From Syntrophales bacterium (GTDB lineage Bacteria; Desulfobacterota; Syntrophia; Syntrophales; UBA2210), in assembly GCA_963666365.2 (NCBI GenBank), contig CAXXNF010000002.1, positions 1,600,001 to 1,664,000 on the forward strand: a stretch of 64,000 nt of DNA, read 5' to 3'. This document shows, one piece after another, positions 9,466-18,191 of this stretch (position 1 is the first letter of the stretch; every line of letters begins with the position of its first letter). The notes below the pieces were generated by a model. The model was given only the letters and a program-made list of their open reading frames with translations. It was not told the origin of the DNA and did not search any database. The position numbers and the translations under genes were made by a program.

Positions 9466-10995
9466 TTACTCATAAGGCCGATAGGCCAGGACCACTCTCC
9501 ATTCCTGCCCATGCAGCCTGACGGTCTGCCAGACGGCATGTTTGATCACTTTTTCACGCAAGCCGGGCGCAAGGAAAATGTAGTGGTCCTTTCCTTCAGG
9601 AACGGATACGATTTTCCTGCCCAGCGCGAGCAGACTTTCGTGTTTTGCATACAGAGGATCACTGAACAGCATCCTGCCGATCTCTTCAGAATCCTTGTCG
9701 TATATGATCATTCCATCGGTCTGTATGATCCAGAGTTCGTGGTCGTCCGGCATCGCACTCGTCTTGAGAAGGGGCGCCACGAGCAGTTCGGGGCGCAGCA
9801 GTACACTCACGGATCCCACGTTTTTCTTCTTCGCATCGTACAACGGACGGGCCACACTCATCGCGAGGAATCCTTCGGCCGCCGTAAACCCATTGCTGAA
9901 AATCGGCTGCGGTGTGTTCCTCATGGCGCCGACATGTTCCTGGGCGCTGATGTCACTGTTCTCAAAATTCATGTAGTCCCGCGGTTCTATCTGGCGCATG
10001 ACGCCCCGGGAATCTACGTAACAGGCATTGACCACGGCGGGGTTCTCCCCGATAATGTCGCTCAGGAGCCTTCTGATTTCATCTTCCTGTGTGACGTCGA
10101 CGGCGCTTTTTTCAATCGCCCTCTTAAGAGAACCGTCGATCCGATGAAGACTGTCACGCAAGGCCGGGACAAAACGTTCGAGCGAAAGCTTCAGGGGAAT
10201 CGGCGCAGGCATCTCCGCTCCCTCCATTTTTGCCAGAACCATCCACCAATCCATGGTCGGCAACTTCCGATAGCGGGCGTTCCGTATGATCCCGTCAAGT
10301 TCGTAATGCATCACACCGCTATCACAATTCAGCGCTTCAGAAACCGCCTCGCGCAGGGAAGGACTTCCGCCGGCAAGGGGATTCATAAAGATGAAATCAC
10401 TGTCCCTGTCCAGCATCGTGTTACCCTTCTCATTCAGGACAAACCATGTATAGTTACTCGGAAGGACGAGCATCCGGCTGAGCGCCAGGCGCAGCTCTTC
10501 CAGGAAGACCGAGGCGCCGAGCGCCCCCGTCGCCTTGCCGTCAACCATAATGGGCGCCGCCATGAGGGCCGATTTTTTACCCGTGGAACGGCTGTAAATC
10601 GGATACCCCTTTACCTGGTTGCCGGCAAAAAGAGCACTGAAGTATCCACGATTGCGCAGGTTGAGATTGGTGTAATCTTTTTCTACGCTGTAGTAGTTTC
10701 CATCGGGCAGGACGAAAAAATAGACGCCCGGTACGATCGATGCGAGCCTGCGCAGGTACGTCTTGATCCCCTGCCAGTCGCCGCAACGGGCCTCCGGGCT
10801 GGAGGCAACCAGATCAAGAGAGGCCAGGGTATGGACCAGCACGGTATCGATATAATACGCGGCGGTGTTGAGAATGGTTTCAGACTCCCCTCCCGGCGGG
10901 GTTTCAAGCGGCGCCGAGGCCCAGGCAGGACCAAGCAAGATAAACGAGATCAGTACTATAGATACTATTGCCTTCATGTGTTCCCTTTTGACCAT
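9466..10995 (-). CDS. Exported protein with two Cache-like sensor modules
   Basis: Signal peptide (AWA-S); RNRGYF...SRSTGKKSALMAAPI and DISAQEH...FTAAEG...ARPLY Cache-like motifs; no C-terminal TM or output domain seen. Confidence 0.7.
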   Translation of the reverse strand: MVKREHMKAIVSIVLISFILLGPAWASAPLETPPGGESETILNTAAYYIDTVLVHTLASLDLVASSPEARCGDWQGIKTYLRRLASIVPGVYFFVLPDGNYYSVEKDYTNLNLRNRGYFSALFAGNQVKGYPIYSRSTGKKSALMAAPIMVDGKATGALGASVFLEELRLALSRMLVLPSNYTWFVLNEKGNTMLDRDSDFIFMNPLAGGSPSLREAVSEALNCDSGVMHYELDGIIRNARYRKLPTMDWWMVLAKMEGAEMPAPIPLKLSLERFVPALRDSLHRIDGSLKRAIEKSAVDVTQEDEIRRLLSDIIGENPAVVNACYVDSRGVMRQIEPRDYMNFENSDISAQEHVGAMRNTPQPIFSNGFTAAEGFLAMSVARPLYDAKKKNVGSVSVLLRPELLVAPLLKTSAMPDDHELWIIQTDGMIIYDKDSEEIGRMLFSDPLYAKHESLLALGRKIVSVPEGKDHYIFLAPGLREKVIKHAVWQTVRLHGQEWRVVLAYRPYE

Positions 10996-11003
10996 CTCCC
11001 TAT

Positions 11004-12611
11004 TTATCGCTTGCCTATATGAAGGATCCCTTTGGTAATATTACAGAGGTGATCGTTCAACCGTTCAAGGTTCGTCAGGAGGTCGGAGTACACCAGGCCG
11101 GCATCGCTGACACAAATTCTCTCCTCAAGCCTGGTGAGATGGTTGAGCTTGTATTGTGCGATTAATGCATCTATTTCACGGTCTATGTTCAGTGTGATAA
11201 GGGCGGCCTTCTGGTCGTTGTCGGCAATCGCCTTTTTCGTGTATTCCATCAGGACCTTTGTCTTGTCGAAGAGCCGTCTCATTTCATCCTCCGCCCCGGA
11301 AGAAAAGGAGAGATTATTTTCATAGGTCCGCTGGGCGAGGATCACGATATCCTCACAATAATCAGCTACTTTTTCCACATCATTGACACTGTGGAGAAGC
11401 GCCGGGATCAGACGTCGCTGTTTATCCGTAAGACCCGCCTGGGTAATTTCCACGAGATAATTGGTGATGCTCTTCTGCATCTCGTCAACGGACTCTTCGT
11501 CGATGGTGACTTCATTTTTCAGTTTGTGATTATACATGAGAGAACACTGCTCCGCCTTTTCCAGCATTTCGCGACAGATATCCAGCATTACGCCCAATTC
11601 CTTGATCACGGCTTTGATGGCGAGATTTGGCGTGGCCAGCAGGGTGACGGCAAGATAGCCCCCCGTTTTCTTTTCGTAATCCTCTCCCGGCACCAGCTTG
11701 TCCAGAAGTTTGATAAAAAGGGGCACAAAGGGAAGAAGCACGATCGTGTTAATCACATTGAAGATGGTGTGGGTATTGGCGATCTGCCGGGCAACATCAC
11801 CCGAAAGCATGGGCATGTAATGCACATACAACGATATAAAGGGCAAGGCGATCAACGTGCCGACCACATTGAAAAGGGTGTGCCCCAGCGCGAGCTTTCT
11901 GCTTACCAGCTTACCTCCCACACTGGCAATAACTGCGGTAACGCAGGTCCCTATGTTATCCCCCAGCACCAGGTAAATCGAAGAGGGAAGATCGAGCAAT
12001 CCCGCTGAGGCAAAGGCAATAACCATGCCGATAGTCGTACTGCTGCTCTGAAGGATGACCGTCACCACCAGGCCCGTCAACACTCCGAGCAGCGGATATT
12101 TTCCGAATTGGATAAAAAGGTTGATAATCGTTTCGTTATCTGCCAGGGGCTTGACGGCCGATCCCATCGTCGCAAGTCCCAGAAAGAGAATTCCGAACCC
12201 CAAGAGCGCTGATCCTTTGTGTTTATTCTTGATCTTTTTCGCAAAGAGATAAATCAGCGATCCAACGAATATAAACAAAAAGGCCGACTTGGTCAACTTG
12301 AAGGCAATCAACTGGGCCGTGATGGTCGTGCCGATATTTGCCCCGAAGATAACGGGAAGAGAGGCGGTCAGATTGATGAGCCCGGCGTTGAGAAACCCGA
12401 TGAGCAGCACCGACGTGGCGCTGGAGCTCTGAATCAGCATCGTGACGGCAATTCCCACAAAAGCTGATTTTACCCGGTTTGAGGTGACTTTATCGAGAAG
12501 GTCCTTCAGCAGACCGAGTGACAAGGATTTTAATGAATCACTGAGGATGTGGATGCCGAACAGAAAAAGGCCCAATCCCCCCGTTACTCCCAGTATGACA
12601 CTCCAATACAT
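11004..12611 (-). CDS. Na+/phosphate cotransporter (NptA/YjbB family) with PhoU-like domains
   Basis: GGLGLFLFG; two QSSS repeats (IQSSSAT, LQSSSTT); GANIGTT/GDNIGTC; C-terminal LERLNDH. Confidence 0.93.
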   Translation of the reverse strand: MYWSVILGVTGGLGLFLFGIHILSDSLKSLSLGLLKDLLDKVTSNRVKSAFVGIAVTMLIQSSSATSVLLIGFLNAGLINLTASLPVIFGANIGTTITAQLIAFKLTKSAFLFIFVGSLIYLFAKKIKNKHKGSALLGFGILFLGLATMGSAVKPLADNETIINLFIQFGKYPLLGVLTGLVVTVILQSSSTTIGMVIAFASAGLLDLPSSIYLVLGDNIGTCVTAVIASVGGKLVSRKLALGHTLFNVVGTLIALPFISLYVHYMPMLSGDVARQIANTHTIFNVINTIVLLPFVPLFIKLLDKLVPGEDYEKKTGGYLAVTLLATPNLAIKAVIKELGVMLDICREMLEKAEQCSLMYNHKLKNEVTIDEESVDEMQKSITNYLVEITQAGLTDKQRRLIPALLHSVNDVEKVADYCEDIVILAQRTYENNLSFSSGAEDEMRRLFDKTKVLMEYTKKAIADNDQKAALITLNIDREIDALIAQYKLNHLTRLEERICVSDAGLVYSDLLTNLERLNDHLCNITKGILHIGKR

Positions 12612-12773
12612 GTGACCTGTCCATGAAGCAGCATGTGCATGTATACTATCTCTGGGACGCCTTTCCGGCGACCTCTCTCGTGAGAGACGGCTTAAAATTT
12701 GACCATTGAAACGAATAGTTACATAAGAATGTTGCCCCTGTCAATTGTTAAGGATCGGAAACAGCAACATCCG

Positions 12774-12806
12774 AAAAAAAAAAGCGCTTCCGAAGAAGCG
12801 CTTTTC
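12774..12806 (-). terminator. Intrinsic terminator downstream of the cold-shock gene
   Basis: AAAAGCGCTTC-CGAA-GAAGCGCTTTT hairpin; the A-run on + is a U-tract on -. Confidence 0.85.
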
Positions 12807-12825
12807 AATGCAACACATTAAGATC

Positions 12826-13026
12826 CTACAGAATCTTTACATTCGCAGCAGCGGGACCCTTTTTGCCCTGCTCGATATCAAACGATACTCGCTGATCTTC
12901 ATGCAGAACCTTGAATCCTTCAGCCTGAATGGCGCTGTAGTGGACAAAGACATCGCCGCCTTCGTCGTTCGCGATGAAGCCGAAGCCTTTGCTTTCATTA
13001 AACCACTTTACTACACCTGTACACAT
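12826..13026 (-). CDS. Cold-shock protein (CspA family)
   Basis: [15 protein letters not shown] (RNP1), DVFVHYSAI (RNP2); AGGAGG RBS. Confidence 0.97.
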   Translation of the reverse strand: MCTGVVKWFNESKGFGFIANDEGGDVFVHYSAIQAEGFKVLHEDQRVSFDIEQGKKGPAAANVKIL

Positions 13027-13192
13027 TTCGGCAATCCTCCTTTCCTTGGTGTTCTAAAGCTGGATCGCCCACAGGTGTGAAAAATTCCGAAGATAGAAAA
13101 AATGGGGTATTCAATTTCGCTCTTCAAAAGGTCTCAATCCATACTTTACCGCACCCCACTGACTATCTGTCCCGGGTGCAATTTGCTGCGAG

Positions 13193-13220
13193 ACTATATG
13201 CTTTTTTATCGGGAAGTCAA
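13193..13220 (-). promoter_or_regulatory. sigma70-type promoter of the csp gene (implies a 5'UTR of about 160 nt)
   Basis: TTGACT-16 nt-TATAGT on the minus strand. Confidence 0.55.
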
Positions 13221-13846
13221 GACAAATTTAGAAAAATTCCGATAATTGCCAGAATGATCCATCGGAAAAAGTCGATAACCGGATTCAGCACTCCGAAAAA
13301 CAGCAGTCCGATGATGATAAAAAAACCGTAGGGTTCCAACCGGGAAAGCGAATATTGCAGGCGGAGCGGCAAAAATCCCATGAGAATCTTCGAACCGTCA
13401 AGGGGCGGAATCGGAATCAGATTAAAGGCCGCCAGGATTATATTGATGTGGGCAAAATAATACAGCATCTGCCCCGCTACAGTCTGCGGAGAAATCGCCA
13501 TGGCTCGCAGCAGAAAGAGCGCCGCAAAGGCGAGACACATATTGACGACGATCCCTGCCGCCGACACAAAAAGTTGCGGTGCCCTGCCCTCGCGAAGATT
13601 TGAGAAATTGACGGGAACCGGCCTGGCCCAGCCGAATCCGACAAAAAACAGCATAAGCGTCCCTATGGGATCGAGATGTCGCAGGGGATTGAGACTGAGC
13701 CGCCCCATCATCTTCGCCGTCGGGTCTCCCATGCGCCAGGCCACCCACCCGTGGGCCAGCTCATGAAAAATCACCGAATACAGCAGCGGCACGGCGATCA
13801 ATACAAACGTCAGAGGATCCTTTAAAAGCAGATTAAAAAGTCCCAC
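13217..13846 (-). CDS. Site-2 protease family (peptidase M50)
   Basis: HELAHG zinc motif, FNLIPIPPLDG. Confidence 0.93.
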   Translation of the reverse strand: MGLFNLLLKDPLTFVLIAVPLLYSVIFHELAHGWVAWRMGDPTAKMMGRLSLNPLRHLDPIGTLMLFFVGFGWARPVPVNFSNLREGRAPQLFVSAAGIVVNMCLAFAALFLLRAMAISPQTVAGQMLYYFAHINIILAAFNLIPIPPLDGSKILMGFLPLRLQYSLSRLEPYGFFIIIGLLFFGVLNPVIDFFRWIILAIIGIFLNLS

Positions 13847-13859
13847 TTTGCACCCATAT

Positions 13860-14741
13860 TCATGTTCTCGCTATCCTCCCACAGCCGTCGCTGATTGCTT
13901 TCGTTCCGCTTTCATTGAGGACGGCAAAGAACAGTTCGCTGGCGTCGCGGCTCTCTCGTCTCTCAAGGAGTTGCACGGTGATATTCGTGCCGGGACGCAC
14001 CATTCCCGTAAACCGGCAGGACACTTGCTTCAATACTCGGGGATCGCCACCGGCTTCGCGGTTGATAAGTTCGCGCACGGCATAGGCAAGTGTGGCCGTT
14101 CCCTGGAGAATGATTCCGGGCAGGCCCACCTGCCGGGCGAACCGGACGGAGGTATGAATCGGAAAGACGATATCGGTACAGCCATCATACAGATAGGGCT
14201 GCAGGGGATCGACAGGGAGGGATGCCTCCCAGAGAACGGGGGCAGCGGCCCGGCAGGCAGGCGTTGTCGGAAGATCCCGTCCTCCTTTCCCGCCATCGGC
14301 ACATTGAATGCCTCTCAGTAAACTGCCGATATGTTCGGTGAAGATCGCCCCGCCGGGATCATTCAGTGCATCGTAACGTATTACGATGCGTGTTCCCGCC
14401 TTGTGGGGCACAACGGCAGCCACACGCCCTTTGATGATAAGTCTCTCACCCGGTTTCAGTGGCCGATGAAACTGAATGTGCTCCGTGTAATGCACGCCCG
14501 TAAGGGCAATCTCGGGCGGATAGCCCGCTGATTCGAAATGTTCGGCAAGCCCTGCCGTAATCGGCCAGGTGGCAGCCACGGCATACATGGGCGGCGCGAT
14601 CACCCCTCCTTCCTGTTCGTCATCGAGGTACCAGGAGTTGTTATCGCCTGTGGCGGCGGCATAGTTCATCGTGTCGCGCCACGTCGGTGTAAACGAATAT
14701 TCCTTCAAGTCAGTGCCTGCAAGTGCCGAGTCAATCTCCAT
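13860..14741 (-). CDS. Double-hotdog MaoC-family dehydratase
   Basis: YAAATGDNN, VHYTEHIQFHRPL, DIVFPIH, ILQGTATL, CRFTGMVRPG; the ORF-track extension to 15059 runs through repeats and is doubtful. Confidence 0.8.
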   Translation of the reverse strand: MEIDSALAGTDLKEYSFTPTWRDTMNYAAATGDNNSWYLDDEQEGGVIAPPMYAVAATWPITAGLAEHFESAGYPPEIALTGVHYTEHIQFHRPLKPGERLIIKGRVAAVVPHKAGTRIVIRYDALNDPGGAIFTEHIGSLLRGIQCADGGKGGRDLPTTPACRAAAPVLWEASLPVDPLQPYLYDGCTDIVFPIHTSVRFARQVGLPGIILQGTATLAYAVRELINREAGGDPRVLKQVSCRFTGMVRPGTNITVQLLERRESRDASELFFAVLNESGTKAISDGCGRIART

Positions 14742-14885
14742 AGAAAAGCTCCACACACACCTTTCCAGTTTTAAATCTCTAATTTTGACGGTACCGTAAG
14801 AAGCTCCATCATGCCGACGCATCGGCACTATAAGAGCAAGTAAATCACAGTTTCCTGGCCAGAGTACAGAAAAAAGAACAGAACT

Positions 14886-14951
14886 TCGCACAGAGACGCT
14901 GAAAGCAAGAGGAAATAAAAAATGCGTCGGCCTCTTGGCGTCTCTGTGTGA
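14886..14951. repeat. Palindromic intergenic element
   Basis: TCGCACAGAGACGC ... GCGTCTCTGTGTGA inverted arms. Confidence 0.6.
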
Positions 14952-15009
14952 GACAATGAATCCGTTGCTTAATAGTAGAAACTCACTCTGCTCCCTCGAG
15001 AGGCTGTGT

Positions 15010-15099
15010 TGTAATGGAGGGAGTATCACGACCGAAGCAATCTCATAACACGCTGACACTACAAGATTGCCGCGCTCCCTAAGGCCGCTCGCAATGGCA
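15010..15099. repeat. Degenerate GTCATTGCGAG...CTCGCAATGAC-type palindromic repeat
   Basis: CGAAGCAATCTC ... AGATTGCCGCG ... GCTCGCAATGGCA; related copy at 40357-40496. Confidence 0.7.
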
Positions 15100-15114
15100 A
15101 ATCGGAAGAAAAAT

Positions 15115-15144
15115 TTGACATAGTGTAGACGACTGGTCTATTAT
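15115..15144 (+). promoter_or_regulatory. sigma70 promoter with overlapping operator-like palindrome
   Basis: TTGACA-18 nt-TATTAT; TAGAC-N5-GTCTA inverted repeat (15126-15140) in the spacer. Confidence 0.6.
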
Positions 15145-15180
15145 TACCTTTCATGAAAAGAACCCACAAAGGAGCAGACG

Positions 15181-17118
15181 ATGAATACACTCAGCAACAT
15201 TTTTTCACCTCTGGAGATCAAATCCATGGTATTGGCAAACCGTGCGGTGATGCCGCCGATGGGGACGAATCTGGGCAATGCCGATGGAACGGTCAGCAAG
15301 GAAAACATTGCCTACATGCGGCGCCGCGCCCAGGGAAAACCGGGATTGATCATCACCGAAATCACCGGTGTCCATCCCAGCGGCATTGTAAGTCCCAATC
15401 AACTGGGCGCCTATGACGACCGCTTTATCCCTGGGCTTTCGGAACTGGTGTCGGTGGTCCATGATGAGGGAAGCAAGATCGCCCTTCAGATTCACCACGC
15501 CGGCCGTGAGAGCTTTTATTTGATCAGCCAGAACAAGGCCATCGGTCCTTCGGCTATACCGAGCATCGTCTTCAGAGGCGAACCTCGGGCGATGACCATC
15601 GATGAAATCCACGAAGTGATCGCATCCTTTGGCGCGGCGGCCCTTCGCGCCAAGAAGGCGGGATTCGATGCCGTCGAGATTCATTGCGCCCACGGCTATC
15701 TCCTCAATCAGTTCCTCTCCGCCCTGTCGAACCAGCGGACGGACGAGTACGGCGGCGCCACTCTCAAAGAACGCTCCCGGTTCGCTGTAGAAGTCATTGA
15801 GGCAGTACGGAAGAATGTGGGACCCGACTTCCCCATCTCGGTGCGGATCTCCACGGAAGAAGCCATCAAGGGGGGGTATACAGCCGACGACATGCAGTCT
15901 GTCCTGCCCGGTTTCGTGGCAGCGGGCGCCGATATTATTCATGCCTCCTTCGGAACCCACGGCAGCCCCGCAGGCATCACCCAGGCGCCTGCCGAGTATG
16001 CCCCCGGTTTCAATGCCTGGCTGGCACGAAAGGTTAAGGATGCGGTGACGGTTCCCGTAATCGCCGTGGGGCGCTTTACCGAACCGACGCTGGCCGACGA
16101 GGTAATCGCACGGGGCGATGCCGATCTGGTTGCCTTCGGCCGGCAGTTCCTGGCGGACCCCGATTTTCTGATCAAAGCGAAGGAAGGCAGACCGGAGGAT
16201 ATCCGCCGGTGCATTGCCTGCAATCAGGGGTGTATTGAACGGGAGATTCTCGGAGAAGGCAACATCCGCTGCTCCATCAATCCGGAAACGGGACAGGAAA
16301 CCATCCGCCCGGATGGACCGGCGGCAACGCCGAAGGATGTCTGGGTCGTCGGGGCCGGTCCCGGCGGACTAATCGCCGCTTCCGAGGCGGCACGGCTCGG
16401 CCACCGGGTCACACTCTTCGAAAAGGAGACGCGCCTGGGGGGCCAGACGCAGTACGCCCGCATACCGCCTCACAAAGAGGTCTATGGGGAGTGGATCGAC
16501 TGGCAGATCGCCCAGGTAGAAAAATCCCCGATTACGATCAAGACGGGAACGGAAGTGACGGAGGCCATGCTTGCAAACGACAAGCCCGGCTTTGTAATCC
16601 TCGCCACCGGCGGAGAGAAGATCATTCCCCCTGTTCCCGGCATCGACAGAGACTTTGTCTGTGACGCATGGCAGATTCTAGGCGGCGACGTGGCACCGGC
16701 AAAACGGGTGCTCGTCATCGGTGGAGGATTGATCGGCATGGAGGTCGCTGATTATCTCAGTGAACGGGGTACCGAGGTCACGCTGGTGGAGATGTTGAAA
16801 CGCTCACCGGTCCTGAAAATCACATCCCACGGCTACATGCTTCACAAACGTCTGCGCGACAAGAACTGCCAGTTGCTCTTCGCCACGACGGTTACTTCCA
16901 TCGGCGACGGAAACGTAGAAGTGGAAACGGCGGGAGAAAAGGCCACCATCGAACCCATCGATCAGGTGGTGGTGGCTGTGGGCCTCAAGGCACGGGACAC
17001 CCTCAAGGACGTGCTTGAATCAATGAAAATTCCCCACGCCGTCATCGGCGATGCCAGGAGTGCGCGGCGCATCATCGAGGCGACGGAAGAGGGGGCACGC
17101 GCCGCCTGGGAGATATAG
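15181..17118 (+). CDS. NADH:flavin oxidoreductase (OYE / 2,4-dienoyl-CoA reductase-like, FMN + 4Fe-4S + FAD)
   Basis: LQIHHAGR, EIHCAHGYLLNQFLS, NQRTDEYGG, CIACNQGC...CSINP, VVGAGPGG, IGGGLIG. Confidence 0.92.
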   Translation: MNTLSNIFSPLEIKSMVLANRAVMPPMGTNLGNADGTVSKENIAYMRRRAQGKPGLIITEITGVHPSGIVSPNQLGAYDDRFIPGLSELVSVVHDEGSKIALQIHHAGRESFYLISQNKAIGPSAIPSIVFRGEPRAMTIDEIHEVIASFGAAALRAKKAGFDAVEIHCAHGYLLNQFLSALSNQRTDEYGGATLKERSRFAVEVIEAVRKNVGPDFPISVRISTEEAIKGGYTADDMQSVLPGFVAAGADIIHASFGTHGSPAGITQAPAEYAPGFNAWLARKVKDAVTVPVIAVGRFTEPTLADEVIARGDADLVAFGRQFLADPDFLIKAKEGRPEDIRRCIACNQGCIEREILGEGNIRCSINPETGQETIRPDGPAATPKDVWVVGAGPGGLIAASEAARLGHRVTLFEKETRLGGQTQYARIPPHKEVYGEWIDWQIAQVEKSPITIKTGTEVTEAMLANDKPGFVILATGGEKIIPPVPGIDRDFVCDAWQILGGDVAPAKRVLVIGGGLIGMEVADYLSERGTEVTLVEMLKRSPVLKITSHGYMLHKRLRDKNCQLLFATTVTSIGDGNVEVETAGEKATIEPIDQVVVAVGLKARDTLKDVLESMKIPHAVIGDARSARRIIEATEEGARAAWEI

Positions 17119-17173
17119 TTATCTGGTCTGTCTGGTCTGTTATGTGTTGAGACCGCAGATTAGCTAAACACAC

Positions 17174-17212
17174 AAAAGGGGAAGACACAGTGTGGTGTCT
17201 TCCCCTTTTTTT
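17174..17212. terminator. Bidirectional intrinsic terminator
   Basis: AAAAGGGGAAGACAC-AGTGTG-GTGTCTTCCCCTTTT between convergent genes. Confidence 0.85.
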
Positions 17213-17257
17213 CTATTCGCTGCCATTACCAGGCAAGATAAAACTGTGGACCGGTCC

Positions 17258-18091
17258 TTATTTTTGCTGGAGAAACTCGACCAGAAGCCTGTTGACCTCT
17301 GCCGGTTTGTCGAGCTGCAGCCAGTGGCCGGCATCCTCGATGCGCTCGTAGCGCCAGGGCCCGGTTACGTAATCGGCGGAGCGAACCATGGGTCGCTCGG
17401 TCAGATAGGCGTCGCCGCTGCTCCAGATCCCCATGGTGGGAACAGATATCGCGGGAATCGTTACAGGCTCTTCAAGTTCTTTTTCGGGACCGAGATTCGC
17501 CCGGTACCAGTTAAGAGCCGCCGTGAAGGCCTTCGGATCGGAAAAGCCTTCTATCCACTTTTCGACCTCGCTGTGATCTCGCAATATCTCGCGAAAGAGC
17601 TTCCAGTTGTTCCGGCTCAGCAATGCTTCCGCCGTTCCTTTGAACTGAAAAAAGAGAAAGTACCAGGATTTCTCACGCTGTTCCGGCGTTCGCTCCCGGG
17701 TGCACATGGGATGTCCCACAGAAAGAGGAACGAGACTGTTCACCCGCTGGGGATAAAAGGCGGCCAGCACCCAGGCGATGGCCGCGCCCATATCGTGACC
17801 TACCACATGAGCCTTTTCGATTTCGAGTGCATCGAGAACCCCCACCATATCGCCCACGAGGTTGATCAATCCGTAGGCGGCAGTCTCCTCCGGTTTGTCC
17901 GACTTTCCGAATCCCCGCACATCCGGGGCAATTACCCGGAACCCGGCATCCACAAGAGCCGGCATCTGGTGTCGCCACACATAGGAGGTATCGGGAAATC
18001 CATGAACCAGAAGCACCGCAGGGCCTTCGCCCTCATCAATCACATGTAAATTCAGCCCATTGACTGTCAACATCTTCCCTTTCATGTTCAT
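17258..18091 (-). CDS. Alpha/beta hydrolase, epoxide hydrolase-like
   Basis: LVHGFPD, GHDMGA (Asp nucleophile), NWYRAN, AGHWLQ. Confidence 0.9.
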   Translation of the reverse strand: MNMKGKMLTVNGLNLHVIDEGEGPAVLLVHGFPDTSYVWRHQMPALVDAGFRVIAPDVRGFGKSDKPEETAAYGLINLVGDMVGVLDALEIEKAHVVGHDMGAAIAWVLAAFYPQRVNSLVPLSVGHPMCTRERTPEQREKSWYFLFFQFKGTAEALLSRNNWKLFREILRDHSEVEKWIEGFSDPKAFTAALNWYRANLGPEKELEEPVTIPAISVPTMGIWSSGDAYLTERPMVRSADYVTGPWRYERIEDAGHWLQLDKPAEVNRLLVEFLQQK

Positions 18092-18115
18092 CGCTGCACC
18101 TTTCATCGGGTCATC

Positions 18116-18191
18116 GGGGACACTTCCCTATTTTTACATTTTAAAAAGGAATGTGTCCCCGCGTTATCTGAAAAATAGGGAAGTGTCCCTA
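18116..18191. repeat. REP cluster (three GGGACAC-type units; REPIN-like)
   Basis: GGGGACACTTCCCTATTTTT (+, 18116-18135), GGGGACACATTCCTTTTT (-, 18143-18160), GGGACACTTCCCTATTTTT (-, 18171-18189). Confidence 0.85.

Noticed and set aside
9511..11022. 503-aa plus-strand ORF
   Set aside because: Antisense shadow of the Cache protein gene; no recognisable motifs
14742..15059. N-terminal extension of the double MaoC in the ORF track
   Set aside because: Runs through palindromic repeats and does not resemble a protein domain
17123..17140. CTGGTCTGT tandem duplication
   Set aside because: Only two short units; not significant
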